From: Halorhabdus tiamatea SARL4B
GTDB taxonomy: Archaea; Halobacteriota; Halobacteria; Halobacteriales; Haloarculaceae
Assembly (NCBI RefSeq): GCF_000470655.1
Contig: NC_021921.1
Coordinates: 2,719,566-2,743,565, forward strand
Direction of reading: 5' to 3'
Length of the DNA: 24,000 bases
Position numbers and translations under genes: made by a program. Numbering within the stretch: position 1 is the first letter of the stretch; the number at the start of each line of letters is the position of its first letter. Of this stretch, positions 16,600-24,000 are shown piece after piece. The notes under the pieces were generated by a model. The model was not told the origin of the DNA. It searched no databases and saw only the letters and a list, made by a program, of their open reading frames with translations.

Positions 16600-17016
16600 T
16601 TAGAACAGACCGATGCCGACGCTGTAGGCCCACGACTGGGTTCCGGCGGCCGCGACGACGAGCGCGCCGCCGGCCATCACCAGGTTCTTCAGGAACGCCG
16701 TCATCTCGTCCTGCTGGTCGTCCTCGGGAACGGCCCAGAAGTCGTGCATCGTGACGGCCGAGATCAGGAGGAACCCTGCGAGTGCGACCGCGCCGACGAC
16801 CGGGTAGACACCGGCGACGACGGCGAGTCCCCCCGCGATCAGGACAGCACCCGACGCGACCACGGAGAACCCCGGTGCGGGGAGCCCCTTGTATTCGGCG
16901 TAGCCCGTCATCTGCTCGCGCTGCATGAAGTGGTTGAGCCCCATGAACGCCAGGACGATGCCGAACAGGATCCGCCCGGCGAGGAGGAGAAGTCCCTCGG
17001 TTCCGGTGAACGCCAT
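16600..17016 (-). CDS. DoxX family membrane protein
   Basis: The 138-aa product MAFTGTEGLLLLAGRILFGIVLAFMGLNHF... has four hydrophobic segments and the typical DoxX layout. ATG 17016 is preferred over the Arg-rich extension to 17076. Confidence 0.82.
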   Translation of the reverse strand: MAFTGTEGLLLLAGRILFGIVLAFMGLNHFMQREQMTGYAEYKGLPAPGFSVVASGAVLIAGGLAVVAGVYPVVGAVALAGFLLISAVTMHDFWAVPEDDQQDEMTAFLKNLVMAGGALVVAAAGTQSWAYSVGIGLF

Positions 17017-17076
17017 CAGGCGCTCACCTCTCGGGCGGCAGTCACGTTCTGCTGGCGATCGAGTTCGCATCCACAA

Positions 17077-17155
17077 TCTGGTATCATTGCGTTAGGTAGT
17101 TCGAATCCGAACCTACTTATGAATTCGGCGATAAGAATGTGATCAAGTAACACCG
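17077..17155. promoter_or_regulatory. divergent DoxX/HxlR promoter with candidate operator repeats
   Basis: This is the most AT-rich spacer in the window. It holds an imperfect inverted repeat GTAGTTCG-aatc-CGAACCTAC (17096-17116), CCGAA/TTCGG half-sites (17107-17111 and 17124-17128), and ATAAGAAT about 20 nt upstream of ATG 17156. Confidence 0.35.
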
Positions 17156-17509
17156 ATGTCACCGACGACAGTTGCCGACGAGCAGACGGTCGAGGAACAG
17201 AACGCGGCGGCCTGTCCGGTTGTCGAGGCCGTCGAGACGATCGGGTCGGAGTGGCGACTCGTCGTCCTGCACGAACTGGTCGACGGCGAGCAGCGATTCA
17301 ACGAACTCAAGCGCTCGACGGGTGCAAGCTCACGGACGCTCTCCCGGGTCCTCGACGACCTGGAGGAGGCCGAACTCGTCGACCGCCGCGTCGAGGAGAA
17401 ACCCATCGCGACCTACTATTCACTGACCGAGCGGGGCCAGGCGCTGTGTCCGGTCTTCGACGAACTCGAAGCGTGGGCCGACGAGTGGATCGACGGCGTC
17501 GAGGCGTAG
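17156..17509 (+). CDS. HxlR (DUF24) family winged-helix transcriptional regulator
   Basis: The 117-aa product carries CPVVEAVETIGSEWRLVVLHELVDGEQRFNELKRSTGASSRTLSRVLDDLEEAELVDRRV, the canonical HxlR-type HTH signature. Its only cysteines are Cys20 and Cys98. Confidence 0.9.
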   Translation: MSPTTVADEQTVEEQNAAACPVVEAVETIGSEWRLVVLHELVDGEQRFNELKRSTGASSRTLSRVLDDLEEAELVDRRVEEKPIATYYSLTERGQALCPVFDELEAWADEWIDGVEA

Positions 17510-17534
17510 GGCGGCGTACTCTCGGGACTCGAGA

Positions 17535-20288
17535 TCAGTCAGTGACGGAAACCTCCTGGAGTGACTCGTCGTCGATCGCCTCCTGAACGCGTTCGTGGAA
17601 CTCTTTCAGGACGGCCGACTCGTCCTCCGCCAGGACGACGTCGCTGGCCATCAGCGTCGCCAGCCCGAACGCCCGAGGGGTCGGCGAGTCGACGCGGTGA
17701 TGGACGACACTGATTTCGCCGTCACCGATCGCGCCGAGCACGTCCTCGATCGCGTCCACGTTGAGTTTGTCTTCCAGGATTTCGCGGTAAGTCTCTTCGA
17801 TCACCGCGAAGTCCTCGAGATCCTGTGCGAAGCCGAGCAACATCTCGCTGTTGACCTGCTGTTCGCTGGCTGATTTCTCGTAGCCCTTGTAGCGTTTCAG
17901 GATCATCAGCGACCGCGTCGCGTTGATCCGGAAATAGCGCTCGAGCAGGTCAGTCCCGTCGAGGCTGGCCTGGAGGTCTTCTCGCACGTCGCCCGGGTCG
18001 ATCGATTCCAGCACGCCCACCACGTCGACCTTCCGGTTGAGCGGCATCGAGAGTGTAAAGCCGTGGTCGGCGACGGCGACCTGGACGTTCGCTGTGGCCT
18101 GCTGGGCGACGCGATAGGCCAGCAGTCGCGAGAGTCCGTCGTTGAACCGGCGGCCGTAGTTCGAGTGGACGTAGTACCGGCGTTCGTACGCCTCGCGGTC
18201 GCGCTCCTCCTCGATGACCAGCCGCCCGTCCGTGCTGACGCTCTCCGAGCCGGCGTAGCGCACCTGCTGGTCGAACATCTCGACGATCGCGCGGACGCTG
18301 TGCTCGTCGAGGGGGAACTCCCGCAGCCACAGCCTGGCCGCCGACTGGCCCCCCTCCGCGAGGCGATCGAATAGCCCCCGCTGGAAGGCCAGGATCTCAC
18401 GGCCGAGGTCGTAACTGAGGGGCAATCGCTCGGAGTACCACGACGGGACGGTCGGGCGGGCGCTCGTGTGATCGACGTAGACCTTCGAGCCCCGACGGTA
18501 GCGAAACTCGTAATGATCCCCACCAAGGACGAACACGTCACCAGTTTCCAGGGTGTCGAGGTAGGACTCGTCGAGTTGCCCGATCCACTCGCTATCGCCA
18601 CGCGTGAGCACGTCACACGTAAACGAGTCCGGAATCGTTCCGATGTTGGTCATGTAGATGACTCGCGCCAGCCGGCCGCGCTTGCCGATCAGCGTCTCGC
18701 CGACCGGGTACTCCTCGTAGTGGTACTCGCCGTCCGGTGGATCGTTCGTATCCCGCCAGATCTTCGCGTAGACGTTCTCGTCCTCCATGCCCGGATAGTC
18801 GGCGGTGAGATACCGAACGAGTCGCTCCCAGTCGTCGTCCGAATACGTTCGATAGGGATACGCACGCCGGAGGATACCCATGATCTCGGATTCCGGGCGC
18901 ACCGCATTGATCGCCATGCCGTAGACGTGCTGGGTGGCCACGTCGTGGGCGTTCTCGGGAATGAACACCCGGTCGACGAAGCCCTCCTCGGCCTTCTTGA
19001 GCATGACCGCACACTCGAGAAGTTCGTCGCGATCGAGCGCGACGACTCGCCCGGTGACCGTCTCACCGAGCTGGTGGCCAGCCCGTCCCACTCGCTGGAG
19101 GAGTGCGGCGACTGACTTGGGTGAACCGACCTGCACCACCAGGTCGATGTGTGGCATGTCGATCCCGAGTTCGAGGCTCGTCGACGTGGTCACGACGTCG
19201 ATGTCGCCCGACTTCAGGTCGGATTCGATGGCCTCGCGTTTCTCCCTCGAGAGGCTCCCGTGGTGACACCCCGAGTTGCCTTCGTCGTAGGCGTCGAAGC
19301 GCTCCCGGAGGTTGTGCAGGACGCGTTCGGCTCCCGAGCGCGTGTTCGTGAACACGAGCGTGTTTGTGTGCTCGCCGATCAATTCGTGCAACTGGTCGTA
19401 GAACCGGTCGTTGATCGTCGACTGTGGCGTGTGGATGAGGTCGTCGGTCGGCGTCGTGAGCTCCATGTCGAACTCGCGGGCGAAGCGGGCGTCCACGATC
19501 TCGCAATCGCGGGGATCGCCGCCCGGCTTCTCGCGGCCGACCAGGAACTCGGCCATCGTGTCCAGAGGCTCGACGGTCGCCGAGCAGCCGATTCGCGTCG
19601 GCGAGGTCTCGGCCATCGCTTCGAGACGCTCCAGCGAGACCGAGAGATGCGTCCCCCGTTTGTTCGCCGCGAGGCTGTGGATCTCGTCGACGATGACGTA
19701 CTCGACGGTTTCGAGTTTCTTCTGGAACTTCGGTGAGTTCAGCAGGATGGCCAGCGTCTCGGGCGTCGTGTTGAGGATATGTGGCGTCTCTTCGAGCATC
19801 GCCTGGCGATCACTGTCCGACGTATCGCCGTGGCGGATCGCGTGGCGGATCTCGACGTCCTCGCCCCGACGGTCGAGTTTTGCGGAGATCTCCGAAAGCG
19901 GGACTTCGAGGTTGCGGTGGATGTCGTTGGCGAGACTCTTCAGCGGCGAGATATAGAGACAGTAGACGGAATTTTCCAGTCCGTCGTCGCCGCGGTCGCG
20001 ACGGAAGAGCTCGTCGATGATCGCCGCGAAACTGGCCTGGGTCTTGCCCGAGCCGGTCGGCGCGGCGATGAGTGCGTTCTCGCCGTCGTGGATGTGCGGG
20101 ATCGCCTCCTTCTGCGGTGGGGTGAAGAAGCCGCCGTTGTCGGGGACGTACGGACCGAACGTCTCGACCCACCATTCTCGAACGACGGGCTTGAACCGCG
20201 CCAGAACGTTGTCGTCGTCGATCCCGACGCTCTCAGGATCGAAACCGAGGTCCATGTCCGCGTCCGCGAGCAGTTCCCGTCCTCCCAT
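17535..20288 (-). CDS. lhr: Lhr-type ATP-dependent DEAD/DEAH-box (SF2) helicase
   Basis: 917-aa ORF. Motif I is AAPTGSGKT and motif II is VIVDEIHS. The helicase C-domain contains TSTSLELGIDMPHIDLVVQVGSPKSVAALLQRVGRAGH. A long Lhr-style C-terminal extension follows. Confidence 0.92.
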   Translation of the reverse strand: MGGRELLADADMDLGFDPESVGIDDDNVLARFKPVVREWWVETFGPYVPDNGGFFTPPQKEAIPHIHDGENALIAAPTGSGKTQASFAAIIDELFRRDRGDDGLENSVYCLYISPLKSLANDIHRNLEVPLSEISAKLDRRGEDVEIRHAIRHGDTSDSDRQAMLEETPHILNTTPETLAILLNSPKFQKKLETVEYVIVDEIHSLAANKRGTHLSVSLERLEAMAETSPTRIGCSATVEPLDTMAEFLVGREKPGGDPRDCEIVDARFAREFDMELTTPTDDLIHTPQSTINDRFYDQLHELIGEHTNTLVFTNTRSGAERVLHNLRERFDAYDEGNSGCHHGSLSREKREAIESDLKSGDIDVVTTSTSLELGIDMPHIDLVVQVGSPKSVAALLQRVGRAGHQLGETVTGRVVALDRDELLECAVMLKKAEEGFVDRVFIPENAHDVATQHVYGMAINAVRPESEIMGILRRAYPYRTYSDDDWERLVRYLTADYPGMEDENVYAKIWRDTNDPPDGEYHYEEYPVGETLIGKRGRLARVIYMTNIGTIPDSFTCDVLTRGDSEWIGQLDESYLDTLETGDVFVLGGDHYEFRYRRGSKVYVDHTSARPTVPSWYSERLPLSYDLGREILAFQRGLFDRLAEGGQSAARLWLREFPLDEHSVRAIVEMFDQQVRYAGSESVSTDGRLVIEEERDREAYERRYYVHSNYGRRFNDGLSRLLAYRVAQQATANVQVAVADHGFTLSMPLNRKVDVVGVLESIDPGDVREDLQASLDGTDLLERYFRINATRSLMILKRYKGYEKSASEQQVNSEMLLGFAQDLEDFAVIEETYREILEDKLNVDAIEDVLGAIGDGEISVVHHRVDSPTPRAFGLATLMASDVVLAEDESAVLKEFHERVQEAIDDESLQEVSVTD

Positions 20289-20342
20289 TGGGTGGATCTA
20301 CCTAATGGCCCGGATCGCCTTGTGTACTCGGGTCGGTGGCTG

Positions 20343-21284
20343 TCAGGCGATCGCCACGTGGGCGAGTGTGAAGGCCAAAAGCGCCAGCGTGATCGCAGCG
20401 AGCCCCGTCAGCACGGCTGTCAGTGCGCCGGGGGCCGTCCAGGGGCGCTCGCGACTGACCGCGCCCACGAGGCCGATGGGAAGGATCGTGGCGACGAACG
20501 GCACCGCGTGATCGACGGTCGCTCCCTCCAGGACGAGCGCCATCGGGGCGTAAGCGATGCCCAGCACAGCCCCGACGTGGACGTGTCGGCGAGGGTCGAT
20601 TCCGAGGGCGGTGATGCCGACCAAGAGTCCGAACCAGATGACTGCCAGTTCTGTCCCGAACGCCACGAGGAGGTTCGCCGTCGGATCCCCGAAGAGCTCG
20701 ATCCGGTTCGCGATCGGGACGACATCGAACGGGGCGAAGAAGGCCGGCGGCTCACCGGTCAGGAGGTCCGTGAACGGGTGGACGAGCAGTCCCAGCAGGG
20801 CAGCCCCGCCGATCGCGCGTGTCGAGAGTCCGACCTCGTCGGCGACCGTCGCGACGACCACGCCGGCGATCACGAACAACACGATCACGAGGCCGCCAAC
20901 GGGGCCGTCCGTCACCGCAACCAGGGCAACGACTCCCGAGAGCGCAAGCCAGCCTGCGGCCCGCCGGACTGTCCACAGCCCGAATCCGAGGCTCCCGAGC
21001 ACGGCGACGACTAGGGAGTGGGTCATCGTTCGGTGACGCTCATCCGTCGCGGTCCAGAAGTGATCGAACGCCGTGGAGTCTTCGGGCAGCGAGACGACCT
21101 GGAACGCGGCGTGGACGACATCGACGTCCGGCAACGAGGCGAACAGTGCGGCCGCCAGCCCGACCGCGATTGCGTATCGAAGTTCGATCCGACCGGAGAG
21201 GATCGACGGCCCGTCGGTCGGGAGCATGCGTCTCGTGAGTAGCGTCGCGAACCCGAACGCGAGGAAGGCGTGACCGACGAACAC
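20343..21284 (-). CDS. membrane-bound metal-dependent hydrolase (DUF457/YdjM-like)
   Basis: 313-aa polytopic product whose N-terminus MFVGHAFLAFGFA is typical of the family. The start is GTG. A TATA-like GTATATGA at 21305-21312 lies about 24 nt upstream on the minus strand. Confidence 0.72.
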   Translation of the reverse strand: MFVGHAFLAFGFATLLTRRMLPTDGPSILSGRIELRYAIAVGLAAALFASLPDVDVVHAAFQVVSLPEDSTAFDHFWTATDERHRTMTHSLVVAVLGSLGFGLWTVRRAAGWLALSGVVALVAVTDGPVGGLVIVLFVIAGVVVATVADEVGLSTRAIGGAALLGLLVHPFTDLLTGEPPAFFAPFDVVPIANRIELFGDPTANLLVAFGTELAVIWFGLLVGITALGIDPRRHVHVGAVLGIAYAPMALVLEGATVDHAVPFVATILPIGLVGAVSRERPWTAPGALTAVLTGLAAITLALLAFTLAHVAIA

Positions 21285-21315
21285 GCTCTCGTTTAGCGAC
21301 CGGCGTATATGAACG

Positions 21316-21987
21316 TCACTCTCCCGGTGGTTCAGCCCTCTCGCCGCTGATTACCGACAGGACCTGCGAGACGAAGTCGTTGAGATAGACCGTCCCCCAC
21401 GCCGCGACGATCGTGGCCCCGATGGTGTTGAAGATCAGGTCCTTCATCGTATCCTCGATGCCGTACTGAGTCAACACCGGTGAGCCGCCGATAGTCGTCG
21501 CGGCGGCGCTCGTGGTGAACTCGATGACTTCCCAGAAGACGCCGAAGGCGAGCACGAACATGAGGATGAACACGAAGACGAACCGATCCGGCAGATGGAC
21601 CTCTTCCCAGTGTTCGTCCAGCGCGCGAATCGTCGCGTAGCCGGCCCCGGCGACGACTGACGCCGACAGCGCGTGAGTCAGATGGTCGTATCCGGGGATC
21701 GACTGATAGAATCCGGACCCGCCGGGCACACCGACGGTCCCCAACGAGTGTAAGAAGACAGCCGTCGTGATCCACAGCGTCAGCCGGGGGTCCATCGAGA
21801 CGCTGTAGTCCCGTTCGAGCAGCGGTGGAATCTGCAGGACGACGAGGCCGATCGCGGCGTTGATCGAGATACCGACTGATCGGCGTTCGAGGCCGATGAA
21901 CAGCAACCCGGTCAGGACGAACTCCATGAGCTTCGTGAGTTGCTGCTGGCGATACGTGCTGAGCCGAAGGCGCGAGCGGAGACTCAC
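21316..21987 (-). CDS. hypothetical polytopic membrane protein
   Basis: 223-aa ORF with about 6 hydrophobic segments and a FWEVIEF...DTMKDLIFNTIGA C-terminal motif. The GTG start overlaps the upstream stop (GTGA at 21984-21987); an alternative ATG lies at 21927. The competing same-strand ORF 21332..21997 is Arg-rich and rejected. Confidence 0.6.
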   Translation of the reverse strand: MSLRSRLRLSTYRQQQLTKLMEFVLTGLLFIGLERRSVGISINAAIGLVVLQIPPLLERDYSVSMDPRLTLWITTAVFLHSLGTVGVPGGSGFYQSIPGYDHLTHALSASVVAGAGYATIRALDEHWEEVHLPDRFVFVFILMFVLAFGVFWEVIEFTTSAAATTIGGSPVLTQYGIEDTMKDLIFNTIGATIVAAWGTVYLNDFVSQVLSVISGERAEPPGE

Positions 21988-22601
21988 GCGCTCTCACCCC
22001 CGCGACGGACGCCGGCGTACCGACGCACGTACACCTCGAAGAACCCGCCGGCGAGCAGGCCAGCGACCGCCGAAGCGACGAACTCCCACATGAGCTGTTC
22101 CTCGATGGCGTCGTCGCTCAGCGCGGGATCGAGCAGCAGCGTCGTCCCGAGATACAGGTCAGAGAGCCACCGGGAGACGGCCCACAGTCCCGCGAAGGCT
22201 AACGTCGAGACGACGACGAACAGCAGCGCGAACTGGTAGTTCATCTCGACGTTCGTAAAGAGTTGCAACTCGACGGCCACGATCAGCGCGAGGGCAGCCA
22301 CCGAGAGATACGTCGCGACCTCCCGGAAGGCGACGTTCACCCCGAAGGTGTACCCGAGCAACGGCAACGCGGCGAGGACGAACACCTCCCAGGGGATCAT
22401 CACCAGCGGGTCGCGGCTGGCGACCGGCGGCAGGACTGCTAGCCCGCCAACGACCGCGGCGAAGCCAGCCCACAGTAGGTTCCCGAGGACGACATTTCCG
22501 AGGGCCGTCAGTGCGATGATGCCGACCAGCCCCCAGCCGAGTGCCGCATTGATCCGCGACTGACGCAATAGCGACGCCAGGTTCGAAGGGGTCGGTTCCA
22601 T
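21984..22601 (-). CDS. hypothetical polytopic membrane protein
   Basis: 205-aa product from ATG 22601 (MEPTPSNLASLL...) with about 6 hydrophobic segments. The longer ORF to 22724 would overlap the upstream lipoprotein gene and adds Arg-rich sequence. Confidence 0.6.
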   Translation of the reverse strand: MEPTPSNLASLLRQSRINAALGWGLVGIIALTALGNVVLGNLLWAGFAAVVGGLAVLPPVASRDPLVMIPWEVFVLAALPLLGYTFGVNVAFREVATYLSVAALALIVAVELQLFTNVEMNYQFALLFVVVSTLAFAGLWAVSRWLSDLYLGTTLLLDPALSDDAIEEQLMWEFVASAVAGLLAGGFFEVYVRRYAGVRRGGESA

Positions 22602-22619
22602 AGTATTTGTCTCGAACCC

Positions 22620-22643
22620 CCGAGGGAAAAGCTCCTCCCTCGG
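22620..22643 (-). promoter_or_regulatory. intercistronic GC-rich stem-loop
   Basis: A perfect 8-bp inverted repeat, CCGAGGGA (22620-22627) and TCCCTCGG (22636-22643), encloses an 8-nt loop. It lies between the lipoprotein stop (22669) and the next start (22601). Confidence 0.35.
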
Positions 22644-22668
22644 ATCTGATTGGCGACCCGTTGCGGAC

Positions 22669-24000
22669 TCAATCGAAGACGTATACTGTACCGGAACCGG
22701 CCGTCGTGTCCCCGCCCGGCGCACCGACGACTGCCGTAGTCCCGTCGCCGGACAGCGCTAGGGCATCGCCGTACCGACTGTCTCGCTGACTGCCCTCTGC
22801 CGTGAGTGCTGTTTTTGGTGTCCAGGACCCCACAGCGTGGGTGAAGACGTGGACGCTGACCGCATTCGAGTCCGTCAGTCCAGGGACGAGCGCCGTTTCC
22901 CCGTCGCCGGCCATCGCAACCGACGGTCCGAATTTCTGGGTGTGAGCGAGGGACAGTTCCGACCGGGACCACGATCCGTCTGCCCGATCGAAGACGATTG
23001 CCGATCCGCCAGTATCGTCGCCCGGACTGTCCCCGACGATCACCGTCGACCCGTCGTTCGAAACGCCGATTGCCTCGTCCAGTGGAACCGCTACGCCGTC
23101 TGCAAGCGGGAGCGTCGTCGTCGTCTCGGTCCAGGACCCGCCGGCCCGGGTGAACACCGAAACTGTATTTCCCCCGTTCGCACAGATGACGGCCGTCGAT
23201 CCGCGATCCGCCAGCGCGACGCTCGATCCCAGACGGACCCGTCCATCGGGGTCCTCGGGTCTAACCGTCGCTTCCCGGGACCACTCGCCGTCGGATCGCT
23301 CGAACGCGAACGCCGCTCCCGGGACGCGCGCGGGCGTCGATCGGGGAGCGGCGACGACATCCGCCGTGATTGCCCCTCCGGAGAGCGACGCTACCCTTGC
23401 GGTGTCGTCGGACCCATCGACGTACTGCGGCGCGCCGACCAGTGCCGTCTTCCCGTCGTCAGCGATGGCGACGGCCGCGCCGAAGGCGTCGAAATACTGT
23501 CCTTCCGTGGGCGTGAACGCCGTGTCGACACTGAGTCGCGCATCCTGGTTCCACCCGTCGTCGGTGCGCTCGAACACGTACGCCGCGCCGGACACCAGTC
23601 CGTCCGTGCGCACGTCGCCCGTACATCCGATGACGGCCGTTTTCCCGTCGCCCGACAGCGCCACGCTGGCCCCGAACCCGCTAAACTCGGCTGTGTTCGT
23701 CGGGGAGAGCGTTGCTGTCCGGGACCACGAGTCGCCCGCCCGCTCGAAGACGGACACACCACTGGACTCGTCCCCGGCGGTAGTGGCGGCCGGTGCGCCG
23801 ACGATGATCGTCGATCCATCGTTCGACACAGCGATCGAGTCGCCGAACTGGTCCCCGCTGGTGCCGTCCTCCGCGGTCAGTGTCGCCCGCTGTGACCATG
23901 ATTTCCCCCCGCCCGGGGCGGCGATGCTTCCACATCCGGCAAGGCCCGTTACACCCGCCGCGCCGACGAGTCTGAGGGCGTCCCGGCGGTGTAGATCCAT
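22669..24000 (-). CDS. Tat-exported lipoprotein with seven FG-GAP-like repeats (predicted 7-bladed beta-propeller)
   Basis: The N-terminus MDLHRRDALRLVGAAGVTGLAGC has a twin-arginine motif and a LAGC lipobox. Seven repeats of about 55 aa follow, with the pattern W(S/T)x...(F/Y/L)G.S(V/I)A(L/V)S.DG.T(A/I)(V/I)(V/I)GAP...G(A/S)(V/A)YVF. The ATG occupies the last three bases of the window, so the gene is complete but its promoter is outside. Confidence 0.8.
   Translation of the reverse strand: MDLHRRDALRLVGAAGVTGLAGCGSIAAPGGGKSWSQRATLTAEDGTSGDQFGDSIAVSNDGSTIIVGAPAATTAGDESSGVSVFERAGDSWSRTATLSPTNTAEFSGFGASVALSGDGKTAVIGCTGDVRTDGLVSGAAYVFERTDDGWNQDARLSVDTAFTPTEGQYFDAFGAAVAIADDGKTALVGAPQYVDGSDDTARVASLSGGAITADVVAAPRSTPARVPGAAFAFERSDGEWSREATVRPEDPDGRVRLGSSVALADRGSTAVICANGGNTVSVFTRAGGSWTETTTTLPLADGVAVPLDEAIGVSNDGSTVIVGDSPGDDTGGSAIVFDRADGSWSRSELSLAHTQKFGPSVAMAGDGETALVPGLTDSNAVSVHVFTHAVGSWTPKTALTAEGSQRDSRYGDALALSGDGTTAVVGAPGGDTTAGSGTVYVFD

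Noticed and set aside
19779-21014. 411-aa plus-strand ORF spanning the Lhr 5' end and the DUF457 gene. Similar long antisense ORFs occur at 4967..5833, 13177..14163, 14188..15063 and 22837..23895.
   Set aside because: All lie antisense to genes with strong motif support. All have the Arg/Asp-rich composition expected from reading GC-rich coding DNA in the wrong frame.
21332-21997. Same-strand alternative-frame ORF (221 aa) competing with 21316..21987
   Set aside because: Its product is highly Arg-rich and lacks hydrophobic segments. The chosen frame encodes a consistent six-helix membrane protein and is start/stop coupled to the upstream gene.
1-24000. Search for CRISPR repeats, tRNA/rRNA genes, IS elements, integrases, toxin-antitoxin pairs or recognisable defence genes
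   Set aside because: I found no regularly spaced direct repeats, no cloverleaf-like GC-rich RNA segments in the intergenic spacers, and no transposase or integrase motifs. Lhr next to a membrane hydrolase was considered as a defence pair, but both look like conserved housekeeping haloarchaeal genes with independent promoters.

Overview
This window looks like a chromosomal segment of a haloarchaeon (class Halobacteria). It is visibly GC-rich, the predicted proteins are strongly acidic, and AT-rich TATA-like boxes sit about 25-28 nt upstream of several start codons. I support 21 protein-coding genes and found no rRNA, tRNA, CRISPR array, transposase or integrase.

Gene content from left to right:
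- A tightly packed housekeeping block: SAM methyltransferase, RNase P Pop5/Rnp2, proteasome alpha subunit PsmA and an SBDS-family protein. It reads as a remnant of the archaeal exosome/proteasome superoperon without any exosome genes.
- A membrane-anchored zinc-ribbon protein of unknown function.
- An N-glycosylation cluster: oligosaccharyltransferase AglB, a DUF368 membrane protein starting 3 nt after the aglB stop, a GT4 glycosyltransferase and an uncharacterised polytopic membrane protein.
- Two small conserved haloarchaeal proteins on the minus strand, one a HEWD zinc-binding micro-protein. They are divergent from a pilin-less type IV pilus/archaellum-like pair: a FlaI/PilB-type ATPase translationally coupled to an unusually long FlaJ/PilC-type platform protein with an extra C-terminal soluble domain.
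- A putative quinone/electrophile-stress module: a two-domain VOC ring-cleaving dioxygenase, a DoxX membrane protein and a divergent HxlR-type regulator.
- An Lhr-type helicase.
- A same-strand envelope block: a DUF457-like membrane hydrolase, two polytopic membrane proteins and a Tat-lipoprotein built of seven FG-GAP-like repeats.

The two most interesting candidates are the aglB-DUF368 linkage, which suggests a dolichyl-phosphate recycling translocase, and the orphan ATPase/platform module with its fused domain. All functional calls come from motif recognition by eye. No database search was possible.
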